Of a stretch of DNA of 45,990 bases, positions 27,560 to 37,064 are shown in pieces. Position 1 is the stretch's first letter, and each line of letters starts with the position of its first letter. The stretch comes from an uncultured Planctomycetaceae bacterium (GTDB lineage: Bacteria > Planctomycetota > Planctomycetia > Pirellulales > JAEUIK01), in contig CAZNXE010000007.1 of NCBI GenBank assembly GCA_964576465.1, forward strand, positions 1-45,990, read 5' to 3'. Both the position numbers and the translations under genes were made by a program. The notes under the pieces were generated by a model. It was given only the letters and a program-made list of their open reading frames with translations. It did no database searches and was not told the DNA's origin.

Positions 27560-28789
27560 CTAAATGTTCGTGCTATCGGGTACGCCGTACAGCCGTGGTC
27601 GGTTATCGCTTCGCGAGGGTGAAATGGCCGTTACAAACAGCACGGCGCCGATGGAAATAATCCAGGTGATCCCGGTCAACTTCCAAAAACCTCCGGCACC
27701 CAGCAGCGACTCCAGCGGTTGCCGATACTCGACCACCACGGCCACGATCACCATGTTCAACAGCCCCAGTGGCAACATCACTTTCCAGGCTAACGTCATT
27801 AGTTGGTCGAAGCGAAAACGTGGCCATGACCAGCGAACGAGCATGAAAAACAAGATCACCCCCATCACTTTGGCCATCAACACAACGATGCGGGCGATGC
27901 CCTGAAACCAAGTGACCTCCGTGGCATTTCCGCCCGTCACACCCCACAGGTGCCAACCGCCAAAGAACAGAATGACGATCAAGAATGCTGCCGTGACCAT
28001 GTGCAGGAATTCGGCCACCAAATACATCAGCAACCTGATGCCGGAATACTCAGTGTGGTATCCACCGACCAATTCTTGTTCGGCCTCGGGCAAGTCGAAC
28101 GGCAGGCGTGCCGCTTCGGCAAAAGCCGCCACGAGAAAAATAAGAAAGCCCAACGGCTGCACGGCCACAAACCACACTCCGCTGGCGGCCTGAGTTTCGA
28201 TAATTTTGGATAAGTCCAACGTGTGCGACATCAGCACCACGCCCAGAATGCCCAACCCTAGCGGCAACTCATAGGCGATCAATTGGGCACTGGATCGCAG
28301 TCCGCCGATAAAGCTGTATTTGCTGTTGCTGGCCCAACCGCCGAGAATCACGCCATACACGGCCAAGCTGCTTAAGGCGAAGACAAACAATAGACCTACA
28401 TTGACGCCCGGCGCGATGATCAACGGAATTTCGTGGTCGGAGTAGCCAAAGGCCAGGTTCGCCGGCAGCAAGCTGCCGACAGGAATCACGGCAAACACCG
28501 CCAGCGCCGAGGTGAGGATCACCACCGGGGCAAGCGTAAAGAGGGCCTTATCGACGTGCCCTGGCGTGTACTCCTGTTTGGCGATGAACTTCAATCCATC
28601 GGCCAACGGCTGGCCAAGCCCGAACAGGCGAATCTTTGTGAGTGGGATACCCACGCGGTTCGGCCCCAAACGCCCCTGCATCCACGCGCACATCCAGCGT
28701 TCCAACAACACGAGATATGCCGCAGCCGTCATTACGGCAAACAACATCAGTGCGATCTTAATCAGGGCTTCTATGCTTAATGCCAACAT
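27560..28789 (-). CDS. nuoH: NADH-quinone oxidoreductase subunit H.
   Basis: Motifs seen are LLERWMCAWMQGRLGPNRVG, RSSAQLIAYELPLGL and AEAARLPFDLPEAEQELVGGYHTEYSG. Confidence 0.95.
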   Translation of the reverse strand: MLALSIEALIKIALMLFAVMTAAAYLVLLERWMCAWMQGRLGPNRVGIPLTKIRLFGLGQPLADGLKFIAKQEYTPGHVDKALFTLAPVVILTSALAVFAVIPVGSLLPANLAFGYSDHEIPLIIAPGVNVGLLFVFALSSLAVYGVILGGWASNSKYSFIGGLRSSAQLIAYELPLGLGILGVVLMSHTLDLSKIIETQAASGVWFVAVQPLGFLIFLVAAFAEAARLPFDLPEAEQELVGGYHTEYSGIRLLMYLVAEFLHMVTAAFLIVILFFGGWHLWGVTGGNATEVTWFQGIARIVVLMAKVMGVILFFMLVRWSWPRFRFDQLMTLAWKVMLPLGLLNMVIVAVVVEYRQPLESLLGAGGFWKLTGITWIISIGAVLFVTAISPSRSDNRPRLYGVPDSTNI

Positions 28790-28802
28790 GGCAGGTTGCT
28801 CA

Positions 28803-30410
28803 CTACGTGGGGGCCAAATCGGTAGCCTTTAAGTCGACGCCGGTGTCCGGCACGTCGGCGGTCGCCGGGGCAAAAAACGGGATCGCTTCAGCTACTTCGG
28901 TAAGCACGGCCGCCGACTTATACAGCCCTGCGTTGCCTAGTAGCTGCCAATAGACACTTCCTTCAACACGAACGCCCGCCGGAGGACGGATGGCCCAACT
29001 GGCGGTCTGTAATCGATCGGCAAAATTGACATACGACCCGTCGCGCTCGGCGAACGCGACACCCGGTAGTTTGATATCCGCACATTCCCATGCCGCCGAG
29101 GGGAACATGTCTTGCACGATCAGCAATTCGGTTTGTCGCAGCCGGGCGGCTGTCTCGCTGTCGATCCAGGTGGTCTTGTAGCCGCCGGTTATCCAGATGC
29201 CACCAAACGTCGACGCCTGCGATACGATCTCATCCCAAGACGTGACACCGCCGGTAAAGTGACGCAACACTTCTTCGACGCCGCGGCGGTTGGGGCACTT
29301 CTCGGCATGGATCGTAAATCCACTCGGAAACGATTCGTCCTTGTCAATCACGGGCACATGACCCAATGCCAACCGCGCTTCGGGGTCGTGCGAACGCAAC
29401 AGTTGAGCGAACAGATAGGCCTCTTCGACCGTCAAATGCGGGGAGATGACGCCAGCCAATCGCCCGGCCGATTCGAGCCGATTCGACATCAGATCGCCGA
29501 CACTCGACCATTCCAGCGGTTCGTCTTTCTGAGCGACACGTTGCCGCGGGTCGCTCAGACGCTTCTCATCGTGTACGTGGTGATAGCCGTAGCGACCTTC
29601 GTCGCACATCCACCACTGATTCACGGCCTGATTCTCACGCGGTCGCAAGCGGTAAACCGTATCTTGATTTTCTTCCACCGTAATCGAACAGCCCGTGGAA
29701 CAACCGGTACAAACGCCGTCGTGCTTCTCCATGAACCAGACGCGTTGCTTGTATAAGAAGTCCCGATCACCGAGGGCCCCCACCGGACACAAGTCGACGA
29801 CGTTGCCGGAGAGCTTGTTGTCTAGGGCGAACCCTTCAAAGATGTTGATTTCCTCGCGAGCACCACGCGATTCGACCATCAACTCCGCCGTGCCGGTAAC
29901 TTCGCGGGTAAAGCGAACACAGCGGGTACACATCACACAACGGTCGGTAAACAGCGTGACTGTTTCGCCAAGGTTTTTTCGACTACTGGTGAAAGGCCGC
30001 AAATCGGCCCGACGCGATTGTTGCCCGTGCTCGAAGTAGTAATCCTGCAACAGGCATTCGCCGGCCTTGTCGCAGATGGGGCAGTCGATAGGGTGATCGA
30101 TCAGCAGGGCTTCTTCGACAAACGCCCGGGCATGCTCGACCTTTTCGCTGTTGGTGATGAACACCGATCCGTCGCGAGCCGGTGTCTGGCAGGCCGGAAC
30201 CAGCTTCGGCACCATCGAGATTTCGCCGGTTTCCTCGTTGCGCGTACCGGTTTCGACCAGGCACATCCGGCAACTGGCAACTACCGTCAACCCCTTGTGC
30301 CAGCAATACGACGGCACTTCGACGCCAGCGCGACGCGCGACTTCGATGCCGTTTAAGCGCTCGTCGTCACCAATTTCGATTTCTTGTCCGTCGACAATTA
30401 CGGTGCCCAT
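28803..30410 (-). CDS. nuoG: NADH-quinone oxidoreductase subunit G (short form, 535 aa).
   Basis: The N-terminal 2Fe-2S region reads VPSYCWHKGLTVVASCRMCLVE. HPIDCPICDKAGEC and CVMCTRCVRF follow, and then a truncated molybdopterin-oxidoreductase-like region. Confidence 0.92.
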   Translation of the reverse strand: MGTVIVDGQEIEIGDDERLNGIEVARRAGVEVPSYCWHKGLTVVASCRMCLVETGTRNEETGEISMVPKLVPACQTPARDGSVFITNSEKVEHARAFVEEALLIDHPIDCPICDKAGECLLQDYYFEHGQQSRRADLRPFTSSRKNLGETVTLFTDRCVMCTRCVRFTREVTGTAELMVESRGAREEINIFEGFALDNKLSGNVVDLCPVGALGDRDFLYKQRVWFMEKHDGVCTGCSTGCSITVEENQDTVYRLRPRENQAVNQWWMCDEGRYGYHHVHDEKRLSDPRQRVAQKDEPLEWSSVGDLMSNRLESAGRLAGVISPHLTVEEAYLFAQLLRSHDPEARLALGHVPVIDKDESFPSGFTIHAEKCPNRRGVEEVLRHFTGGVTSWDEIVSQASTFGGIWITGGYKTTWIDSETAARLRQTELLIVQDMFPSAAWECADIKLPGVAFAERDGSYVNFADRLQTASWAIRPPAGVRVEGSVYWQLLGNAGLYKSAAVLTEVAEAIPFFAPATADVPDTGVDLKATDLAPT

Positions 30411-30457
30411 CGTTGCTTTCCAAAAATGCCCGCTGGCGTTGGGGTGAAGTCGATGTT

Positions 30458-31816
30458 TTAGTGCCCGTGACTCACTATGGGCAAGGCCTCAACCGGATCG
30501 GTCTCCATGTAACCGGTGGGGTTGCTGGTCTTGATGTAGTCTTCAAACTCTTCCCGCCACTTGCGAATGGCGTTCTTGATGGGCCACGCCGCTCCATCGG
30601 AGAGGCCACAAATGGTGGAGCCCGGTACGATGCCGATGGTGTCACCGATTTCGAGCAGCAGATCGAGATCTTTAAGCCGCCCTTTGCCCGCGCGAATTCG
30701 TTCGAGCAGCGTGACCGACCAAGAGGTTCCTTCGCGGCACGGCGTACACTGGCCACAGCTCTCGTGATCGAAGAAGCGGCAACTGTTGTGAAGAAAGTCG
30801 ACCATCGAGACCGTTTCATCAAGCACGACAACCGCCGCGGTGCCCAGCCCCAGGCACCCTGCCTTGCCGGGTCCGACAAAGTCCAGCGGGAGATCAAACT
30901 CTTCTTCGCTGAGCAGCCCCATGCTAATGCCGCCGGGAATCGCGGCCTTGGCTTTGCGATTCTTCCAGACGCCGCCGCCGAATTCCTCGATCAATTGCCG
31001 GGTGGTGATTCCCAAGGGGGTTTCGTAGCAACCGGGCTTGTTCACGTGCCCGCTCAGGCAGTACAGCTTGGGGCCATAGCTTCCGGCATCGCGAGGATTG
31101 TCGGGATCTGACGGAATGCCCATCGACTTAAACCAGTCGGCACCACGATTGATGATGTGGACGACACAGGCTGCCGTCTCGATGTTGTTCACCACGGTTG
31201 GCTTGCGGAAAACGCCCTCGACGGCCGGAAAGGGTGGCTTGATCCTGGGCCAAGCCCGTTTCCCTTCAAGGCTTTCAATCAGGCCCGTCTCCTCGCCGCA
31301 AATGTAGGCCGCGGCTCCTCGGTGCAAGTAGACATTCAGCGCGAAATCCTGACCGAGAATTTTTTCACCCAGATAGCCGGCCGCGTAGCACTCGTCGAGC
31401 GCCGCCTGCAACCGTTCAAAGGCCAACGGGTATTCAATGCGAATGTAGATGTACGCGGTTGTGGCCTTGGTGGCGAAGCAACTGATGATCAAGCCTTCGA
31501 TCACCTGATGCGGATCTTCCTCCATGAGGATGCGGTTGTTGAATGTGCCGGGCTCGCTTTCGTCGGCGTTGAGGCAGAAGTAGATCGGCCCTGGATGATC
31601 CTTCGGAAGGAACGTCCACTTCAACCCACACGGAAAGCCGGCCCCGCCACGTCCGCGGAGGTTACTCGCCTTGACCTCTTCCGTGACGTCGGCAGGCTGC
31701 ATTTCAGCCACCACACGTTTCAGGGCCTTGTACCCACCGTGGGCCTCGTACACCTTCAGCGTGTGGCTGTCGGGCTTGTCAACATTCGCCAGCAGTACGG
31801 GTTCGAACGCACTCAC
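30458..31816 (-). CDS. nuoF: NADH-quinone oxidoreductase subunit F.
   Basis: Motifs seen are LRGRGGAGFPCGLKW, the FMN/NADH-site motif CNADESEPGTF, and ESCGQCTPCREG. Confidence 0.96.
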   Translation of the reverse strand: MSAFEPVLLANVDKPDSHTLKVYEAHGGYKALKRVVAEMQPADVTEEVKASNLRGRGGAGFPCGLKWTFLPKDHPGPIYFCLNADESEPGTFNNRILMEEDPHQVIEGLIISCFATKATTAYIYIRIEYPLAFERLQAALDECYAAGYLGEKILGQDFALNVYLHRGAAAYICGEETGLIESLEGKRAWPRIKPPFPAVEGVFRKPTVVNNIETAACVVHIINRGADWFKSMGIPSDPDNPRDAGSYGPKLYCLSGHVNKPGCYETPLGITTRQLIEEFGGGVWKNRKAKAAIPGGISMGLLSEEEFDLPLDFVGPGKAGCLGLGTAAVVVLDETVSMVDFLHNSCRFFDHESCGQCTPCREGTSWSVTLLERIRAGKGRLKDLDLLLEIGDTIGIVPGSTICGLSDGAAWPIKNAIRKWREEFEDYIKTSNPTGYMETDPVEALPIVSHGH

Positions 31817-31847
31817 TACATATCACCCATCTATAAAGGTCGAGCGG

Positions 31848-32333
31848 TCAATCGAGCGAATCGAGGAACGCCTCGGCCGATTCCTTGGTCAAATCTTTGT
31901 GCAATGTTGTGTTCGCCAGCATGCAAGGGGCAAAGTCGCAGGCACCCAGGCATTCGGCAAATTCAATCGTCAGACGGCCGTCTTCGGTCGTTTCGCCCGG
32001 CTTGATACCGGCCTTTTCGCACATGTGGTCGAGAACTTCCTCGCCCCCACGCAGTGCGCAACTAATCGAACGGCAGACCCAGGCCCGGGTTTCGCCGTGC
32101 GGTTTGTCTTGTTTGAAATAGCCGTAGAAAGTCAGCGTGTCTTGAATTTGAGCTGGCGCGAGCTCGAGCAACTCCGCGATCTCGACGACAGCCTGGCGCG
32201 GCACGCATCGCAAAGCCTCGTTCACAATGTGCAGTGCCGGCAGTGTGACGGCCTGCTTATCGGGATATCGCGGGAAGAAAGCACGAATGGCGTCAACCAT
32301 TTCGTCCGTCAGCACTCGCTCGGTCGTTGACAT
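31848..32333 (-). CDS. nuoE: NADH-quinone oxidoreductase subunit E.
   Basis: It has the thioredoxin-like 2Fe-2S subunit pattern: VCRSISCALRG ... AECLGACDFAPCM. Confidence 0.93.
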   Translation of the reverse strand: MSTTERVLTDEMVDAIRAFFPRYPDKQAVTLPALHIVNEALRCVPRQAVVEIAELLELAPAQIQDTLTFYGYFKQDKPHGETRAWVCRSISCALRGGEEVLDHMCEKAGIKPGETTEDGRLTIEFAECLGACDFAPCMLANTTLHKDLTKESAEAFLDSLD

Positions 32334-32455
32334 AAAAGGGCTATCCGAAAAAATTCAGCAATCTTGATTGGGGGCGGTGTGAATCGGTCTAACAAACGGT
32401 TCCTGCTCGGCGACGGCGATTTCTCTTGGGGTGGGCGGTTGGTGGCGACCGGCGA

Positions 32456-33700
32456 TTAGCGGTCGAGCTCGGCGGCGATGATATTTAGGCTTCCGAGTAC
32501 GGCGACAATGTCACTCAACGTATGCCCTTGAATTAGCATGGGGAACATCGCCAAGTGAATGAACGACGGCGGTCGGCAACGGGCACGGTAGGCCACATTC
32601 GACCCATCGCCCACGATGTAGAATCCTAATTCTCCGTTGGGTGCCTCGATGGCGGAGTAAATCTCTTCGTGCGGCACGGTAAAGCCGCGGTTGCTCATCG
32701 ACAATTCGAACTGCATGATCGTGCCTTCGATCGACGAAAACACCTGCTGTTTGGTGGGCAACGTCATCCGCTCATCGAGCCCCACATTCACGGGCCCTGA
32801 CGGCAAGTTCTCGATGGCCTGTTCAATAATCTTGAGACTCTCACGGGCTTCGGCCATGCGAACAAAATAGCGTGCGAAACAGTCGCCCGTGGTCATGCAG
32901 GGGACGTCAAAATCGAAATCTTCATAGGCCAAATAGGGTTCGTCCTTGCGAAGATCTCGCGTCACACCGCTGGCCCTCGCAATGGGCCCCGTGGCACCGT
33001 AGCTAATCGCATCTTCCTTGGTTAGCACGCCGACTCCTTGCGTGCGATCGGTGAAGATGCGGTTGCGATTGACCAACCGTTCCATGTCATCGAGTGTCTT
33101 GCCGACGCTCTTCGTGAAACTTCGTACCTTCTCGATGAAGATCGCATTGACGTCGTACATCAACCCGCCGACCCGGGTGTAGCTGTTGGTGAAGCGTGCC
33201 CCGCAGGCGGTCTCGAAGATGTCGTAGATCACCTCGCGTTGCTGGAAGGCATACAAAAAGAAGGTAAAAGCTCCCGTATCGAGCCCGATGGCTCCGTTAC
33301 TGAGGAAATGATCGCTCATCCGCGCCAGTTCGCCGATGATGGTGCGAATGTACTTGCAACGGGGCGTGATCTCGATATCCAACAGCTTCTCGACCGCGCC
33401 GTGCCAAGCCACATTGTTGGCCATCGGCGACATGTAATTCATGCGGTCGGTAACCGCCACGTACTGGTTGTAATCGAGGTGTTCACCGATCTTCTCGAAG
33501 CCCGAATGGAGAAAGCCGATGTCGGGCATCGCCGCGACGACGCGTTCCCCATCGAGCTTTAAGACCAACCGCAACGTGGTGTGCGTGGCCGGATGCTGGG
33601 GACCAAAGTTGAGCGTCCACAAATAATCCTGCGCTTCGTCATGCGCAAGATCTCCCCGGTAGTCGTCGAGCCCGATGGTCGGAACGGGAGTTAGCGGCAT
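32456..33700 (-). CDS. nuoD: NADH-quinone oxidoreductase subunit D.
   Basis: Motifs seen are LNFGPQHPATHTTLRLVLKLDGE, LHSGFEKIGE and RCRPPSFIHL, with an ending typical of the 49-kDa subunit. Confidence 0.96.
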   Translation of the reverse strand: MPLTPVPTIGLDDYRGDLAHDEAQDYLWTLNFGPQHPATHTTLRLVLKLDGERVVAAMPDIGFLHSGFEKIGEHLDYNQYVAVTDRMNYMSPMANNVAWHGAVEKLLDIEITPRCKYIRTIIGELARMSDHFLSNGAIGLDTGAFTFFLYAFQQREVIYDIFETACGARFTNSYTRVGGLMYDVNAIFIEKVRSFTKSVGKTLDDMERLVNRNRIFTDRTQGVGVLTKEDAISYGATGPIARASGVTRDLRKDEPYLAYEDFDFDVPCMTTGDCFARYFVRMAEARESLKIIEQAIENLPSGPVNVGLDERMTLPTKQQVFSSIEGTIMQFELSMSNRGFTVPHEEIYSAIEAPNGELGFYIVGDGSNVAYRARCRPPSFIHLAMFPMLIQGHTLSDIVAVLGSLNIIAAELDR

Positions 33701-33701
33701 G

Positions 33702-34202
33702 TTAGCCTTCTTCTCGCGTTAACGTGGGAAAATTGTGTCGTTCGCCACGCCCTTGCAGGGGATAGTCTTTACGCAACGGGTGCGCCGTGAATTGTTCCGG
33801 CATCAAGATGCGGCGCAGGTCGGGATGCCCTTCAAACTCGATCCCGAACATGTCGTAAACTTCGCGCTCCATCCAGTCGGCGCCCTTCCACAGCGGCACC
33901 GCCGACGGCACTTTCAAATTCGGCTCATTCAAGAACGTGCGGACGGTCAATCGCTCGTTGTCGTCGATGGCTGTCAACAAGTAGACCAAACCGAAGCGAT
34001 CCGATGCGTCACGGTAGTTGAGATAGTCGACGCAGGTAAGATCCACCAACAGGTCGTAGCCCTGTTCGTTGCGAAGCCATGAAAGCACCTGAGCAATTGC
34101 ATCTTGCGGCACCACAACGCGCGTGTCGCCACGAAATTCGTCAACCACGGCCTGCGGAAAGGCCTGCTCCAGCGACGCGATACATTGCGAACTCACCATC
34201 AA
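33702..34202 (-). CDS. nuoC: NADH-quinone oxidoreductase subunit C.
   Basis: Motifs of the 30-kDa subunit are present: WKGADWMEREVYDMFGIEFEGHPDLRRILMP and HPLRKDYPL. Confidence 0.94.
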   Translation of the reverse strand: MMVSSQCIASLEQAFPQAVVDEFRGDTRVVVPQDAIAQVLSWLRNEQGYDLLVDLTCVDYLNYRDASDRFGLVYLLTAIDDNERLTVRTFLNEPNLKVPSAVPLWKGADWMEREVYDMFGIEFEGHPDLRRILMPEQFTAHPLRKDYPLQGRGERHNFPTLTREEG

Positions 34203-34242
34203 TTACCTCAGCCTGCGGCAGGCCTCTGTTCGATGTGCCGCC

Positions 34243-34806
34243 CTAGTTATGCCGATGGTCCATCGGCGGATTGGTCAAAATGGGCAACTCCATCAACGCC
34301 CGCTTCGGTTGATTGCGTTGGGCGTCCTTGAATTCCTTACCGAAGATGGTGCCCTCGTCCTGGATCTTGTCTTGCAAATCGATGATCGCCTGAATCAACT
34401 GTTCAGGACGGGGTGGGCAGCCAGGCACGTACATGTCGACGGGAATGAATCGGTCGATCCCTTGCACCACGCAGTACGTGTCGAAAATACCACCCGTCGA
34501 GGCACAGGCCCCCATCGAGATACACCACTTGGGCTCGTTCATTTGCAGCCAAATCCGCTGCAAAACGGGCAGCGTCTTCATGACAACGCGTCCGGCGACG
34601 ATCATCAAGTCGCACTGCCTGGGGCTAAATCGAAACACTTCGGCTCCGAAACGAGCCAAGTCGTGCTTGCTCGCGCCAGTGGCCATCAGTTCGATTCCAC
34701 AGCAGGCGGTGGCAAAGGGCATGGGCCACAAACTGTTCTTGCGGCCCCAACTCGCCAAGGCATCAAGTTTGCTGACAAACACGTTGTCGGGGAGTTCTAT
34801 CGCCAT
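34243..34806 (-). CDS. nuoB: NADH-quinone oxidoreductase subunit B.
   Basis: Motifs seen are SLWPMPFATACCGIE, GACASTGG and VPGCPPRPE. The ATG at 34806 (MAIELPDN) overlaps the nuoA end by 10 nt. The track start at 34827 is a TTG. Confidence 0.94.
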   Translation of the reverse strand: MAIELPDNVFVSKLDALASWGRKNSLWPMPFATACCGIELMATGASKHDLARFGAEVFRFSPRQCDLMIVAGRVVMKTLPVLQRIWLQMNEPKWCISMGACASTGGIFDTYCVVQGIDRFIPVDMYVPGCPPRPEQLIQAIIDLQDKIQDEGTIFGKEFKDAQRNQPKRALMELPILTNPPMDHRHN

Positions 34807-35234
34807 TGAAAAACACCTTTTCGCCAAGCGTAAGCCAACCCCAAGGCCAACAGTGCGATGAAGACCATCACCTCACCGAACACAAGCCCTCGGCTGGCAA
34901 TTAGCTGCTGAGCAACCGGCACCGCATCCGACACAACCACGGCATCGACACCTTCTGGATCGCCGGAAGCAACCGCCCAGGGGTAGAGAAAGAGCAGTTC
35001 GACGTCGAAAATCAGGAATGCGATGGCCACCAAATGAAAGCGGATGTCGAACTTACGACGCGCGTCATGGATGGGGTCCATGCCGCTTTCGTAAGGCATG
35101 GCCTTAACTTTTGAGGCCCGCTGAGGACCAACCACGGTCCCTAACACCAACAGAGTTAAGGCCAAACCCGCGCAGCCGATGACGAACAGAAGGACTGGCA
35201 ACCAGAGAGATTCGGGAAAAGGAGCGACTTCCAT
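34797..35234 (-). CDS. nuoA: NADH-quinone oxidoreductase subunit A.
   Basis: The ATG at 35234 gives MEVAPFPESLWLPVLLFVIGCAGLALTLLVLG..., then PYESGMDP and FLIFDVELLFLYPWA. The upstream 71 codons of the track ORF (to 35447) are Arg/Cys-rich and not NuoA-like. Confidence 0.9.
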   Translation of the reverse strand: MEVAPFPESLWLPVLLFVIGCAGLALTLLVLGTVVGPQRASKVKAMPYESGMDPIHDARRKFDIRFHLVAIAFLIFDVELLFLYPWAVASGDPEGVDAVVVSDAVPVAQQLIASRGLVFGEVMVFIALLALGLAYAWRKGVFQWR

Positions 35235-35277
35235 CGTACTCGTGGCAACAAGAGGAAATTGCGCAAAGCCCACCACA

Positions 35278-35295
35278 TTGTGAAACGATTCACAA
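35278..35295. promoter_or_regulatory. Perfect CRP/FNR-family-type inverted repeat TTGTGAA-ACGA-TTCACAA (TGTGA-N6-TCACA) upstream of nuoA.
   Basis: The sequence is read directly across the line junction at 35280/35281. The half-sites are exact reverse complements. The centre lies ~52 nt upstream of the nuoA ATG (35234). Confidence 0.45.
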
Positions 35296-35338
35296 GCTGT
35301 GGCCAAAAGAGAGCCCGACACATGTCGAGCTAACGAAA

Positions 35339-35366
35339 ATCCTATCGGAGCGCGACAACCTGTCAA
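35339..35366 (-). promoter_or_regulatory. Candidate sigma-70-type promoter of the nuo operon.
   Basis: The minus strand reads TTGACA (35366-35361), then 16 nt, then TAGGAT (35344-35339), about 100 nt upstream of the nuoA ATG. The -10 matches 4 of 6 positions. Planctomycete promoter rules are poorly known. Confidence 0.3.
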
Positions 35367-35486
35367 GGCAGTCTTCGCAATCGCGGGAATAAGTGTGTCG
35401 CGCGGGCTTCGTGCGACTGGCATTTCCCTCCTTCGCGGGCCGCACATTCCTCAAGTGCTTGCCAGACGTTGGCGGCAGACGCTTTT

Positions 35487-35616
35487 CAAGGCGAGCGGCG
35501 AATGAGATTTACCAACCCGACGCGTGAGCGAGGGACTAAACCGGTTATACACTGCGTTCCCTCGCTTACGCGTCGGGTTGTGATTGGTACGTTCTTATCT
35601 GCCGCACGCCCAAGAC
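35487..35616. repeat. Copy B of the ~130-bp palindromic intergenic element, with its core hairpin inverted relative to copy A.
   Basis: The outer arms are colinear with copy A. The central segment ACGCGTGAGCGAGGGACTAAACCGGTTATACACTGCGTTCCCTCGCTTACGCGT is the reverse complement of the copy A core, with a few substitutions. The core stem CCCGACGCGTGAGCGAGGGA / TCCCTCGCTTACGCGTCGGG is 20 bp with one mismatch. Confidence 0.85.
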
Positions 35617-35780
35617 AATTGCGTTATGGCACCCAAGAGAACCGCCCTTCGACTTACCCTGTGCGAAGGAACCACATGGCGAACATCCGCCGATCCATCA
35701 CGCCTCATTTGCCATCGCCGTGGTCGCACCGCAGAATGATCCGCGAGGTTGCTGCCTGTCCCCACCCAAGATGGTGAACT

Positions 35781-36980
35781 ATGTCGATCGATCTGACCGC
35801 CACACTCAGCGATTTAGTGGCCATTCCCAGCGTCAATCCAATGGGGCGCAGTGTCTCGGGTCCGGAATTCTTCGAGCATCGGGTTACCGACTACTTGCAG
35901 GCTCTCTTCCAACGGCTGAAACTCCCTTGGCATCGTCAAGCCATTGAACCGCTACGCGACAACATTATCGCGCGACTCGACGGCAACCCTTCGGTTGAAG
36001 ACGGCGGTGGGATCATTCTCTTTGAAGCCCATCAAGACACCGTTCCCGTGGACGGAATGACGATCGAACCCTGGACCCCCAAGGTGATCGACGGCCGACT
36101 GTACGGGCGCGGTTCGTGCGACATCAAGGGAGGCATGACCGCCATGCTTGGTGCCATCGCTCGCTTGGCCGAGGAGCGCCCCGCAGGGATGCCCACGATT
36201 GTGATGGCATGCACGGTTAACGAAGAACACGGATACAGCGGCGCCAATGAATTGACCGAGCTCTGGTCGTCCGACGGACCGAAGTTCATCCCTCGCCGCC
36301 CCGATGTGGCGATCATCGCCGAGCCGACCAACCTGGACGTTGTGGTGGCACACAAGGGTGCCGTGCGATGGCGGTGCCGAACCCATGGAGTGGCCACGCA
36401 CAGCTCACAACCCGACCGAGGAACCAACGCCCTGTATCGCATGGCCCGGGTGTTGTTGGCGCTGGAGCGTTATCAAGCTGAAGTCGTGCCGAAACTAGCG
36501 GAACACCACTTGTGTGGCCGCCCGACCCTGAGCGTCGGGGTCGTTTCCGGAGGGCTCAGTGTGAACACCGTGCCGGATGAATGCACGATCGAGATCGATC
36601 GCCGCGTAACACCACTAGAGACAAGCCAAGCGGCGTACGAACACGTGATGGCCTATCTGGCCGATGCCCCAGAGATTGACTTCCCCCTGGAACACGAACC
36701 GCCGTTCCTCGAAGGAGCGCCCCTTCCGGATGAAAACAACGGCCCATTGGCCGAGCGGCTTCAGGCGACAGTCCGCGAACTTTTCGGAAAATGCGACACC
36801 ATAGGCGTGCCGTATGGCACCGACGCCTCGAAGATCGCCGTCGCCGGAATCCCGAGCGTCGTCTTCGGCCCCGGCTCCATCGAACAGGCCCACACGGCCG
36901 ACGAGTGGCTATCGCTCGACGAGCTGACCCGAGCGAGCGAAGCCTACCATGCCTTCGCCCGCGCCGGCCTTACGGCGTAA
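35781..36980 (+). CDS. M20-family metallopeptidase (ArgE/DapE/acetylornithine deacetylase-like).
   Basis: Motifs seen are ILFEAHQDTVPV, LYGRGSCDIKGG and VNEEHGYSGA, with HTADEWL near the C-terminus. Confidence 0.88.
   Translation: MSIDLTATLSDLVAIPSVNPMGRSVSGPEFFEHRVTDYLQALFQRLKLPWHRQAIEPLRDNIIARLDGNPSVEDGGGIILFEAHQDTVPVDGMTIEPWTPKVIDGRLYGRGSCDIKGGMTAMLGAIARLAEERPAGMPTIVMACTVNEEHGYSGANELTELWSSDGPKFIPRRPDVAIIAEPTNLDVVVAHKGAVRWRCRTHGVATHSSQPDRGTNALYRMARVLLALERYQAEVVPKLAEHHLCGRPTLSVGVVSGGLSVNTVPDECTIEIDRRVTPLETSQAAYEHVMAYLADAPEIDFPLEHEPPFLEGAPLPDENNGPLAERLQATVRELFGKCDTIGVPYGTDASKIAVAGIPSVVFGPGSIEQAHTADEWLSLDELTRASEAYHAFARAGLTA
36944..36976. repeat. Direct repeat 1 (33 bp), covering the last codons of the M20 gene.
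   Basis: CTACCATGCCTTCGCCCGCGCCGGCCTTACGGC recurs at 37264-37296 with one mismatch. Confidence 0.9.
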
Positions 36981-37017
36981 TAAGGCTATCGACCGCACAA
37001 CGTTTGACGTCGATCAT

Positions 37018-37064
37018 GGGTGGCCCAGCCGCGCAGTCGGCTGGGTCGCGTAGCGACAAGATGC
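37018..37064. repeat. Left inverted repeat of the segment bracketed by the 33-bp direct repeats.
   Basis: GGGTGGCCCAGCCGCGCAG (37018-37036) and GCGACAAGATGC (37053-37064) are reverse-complementary to 37231-37260. The left copy carries 16 extra internal nt. Confidence 0.8.
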
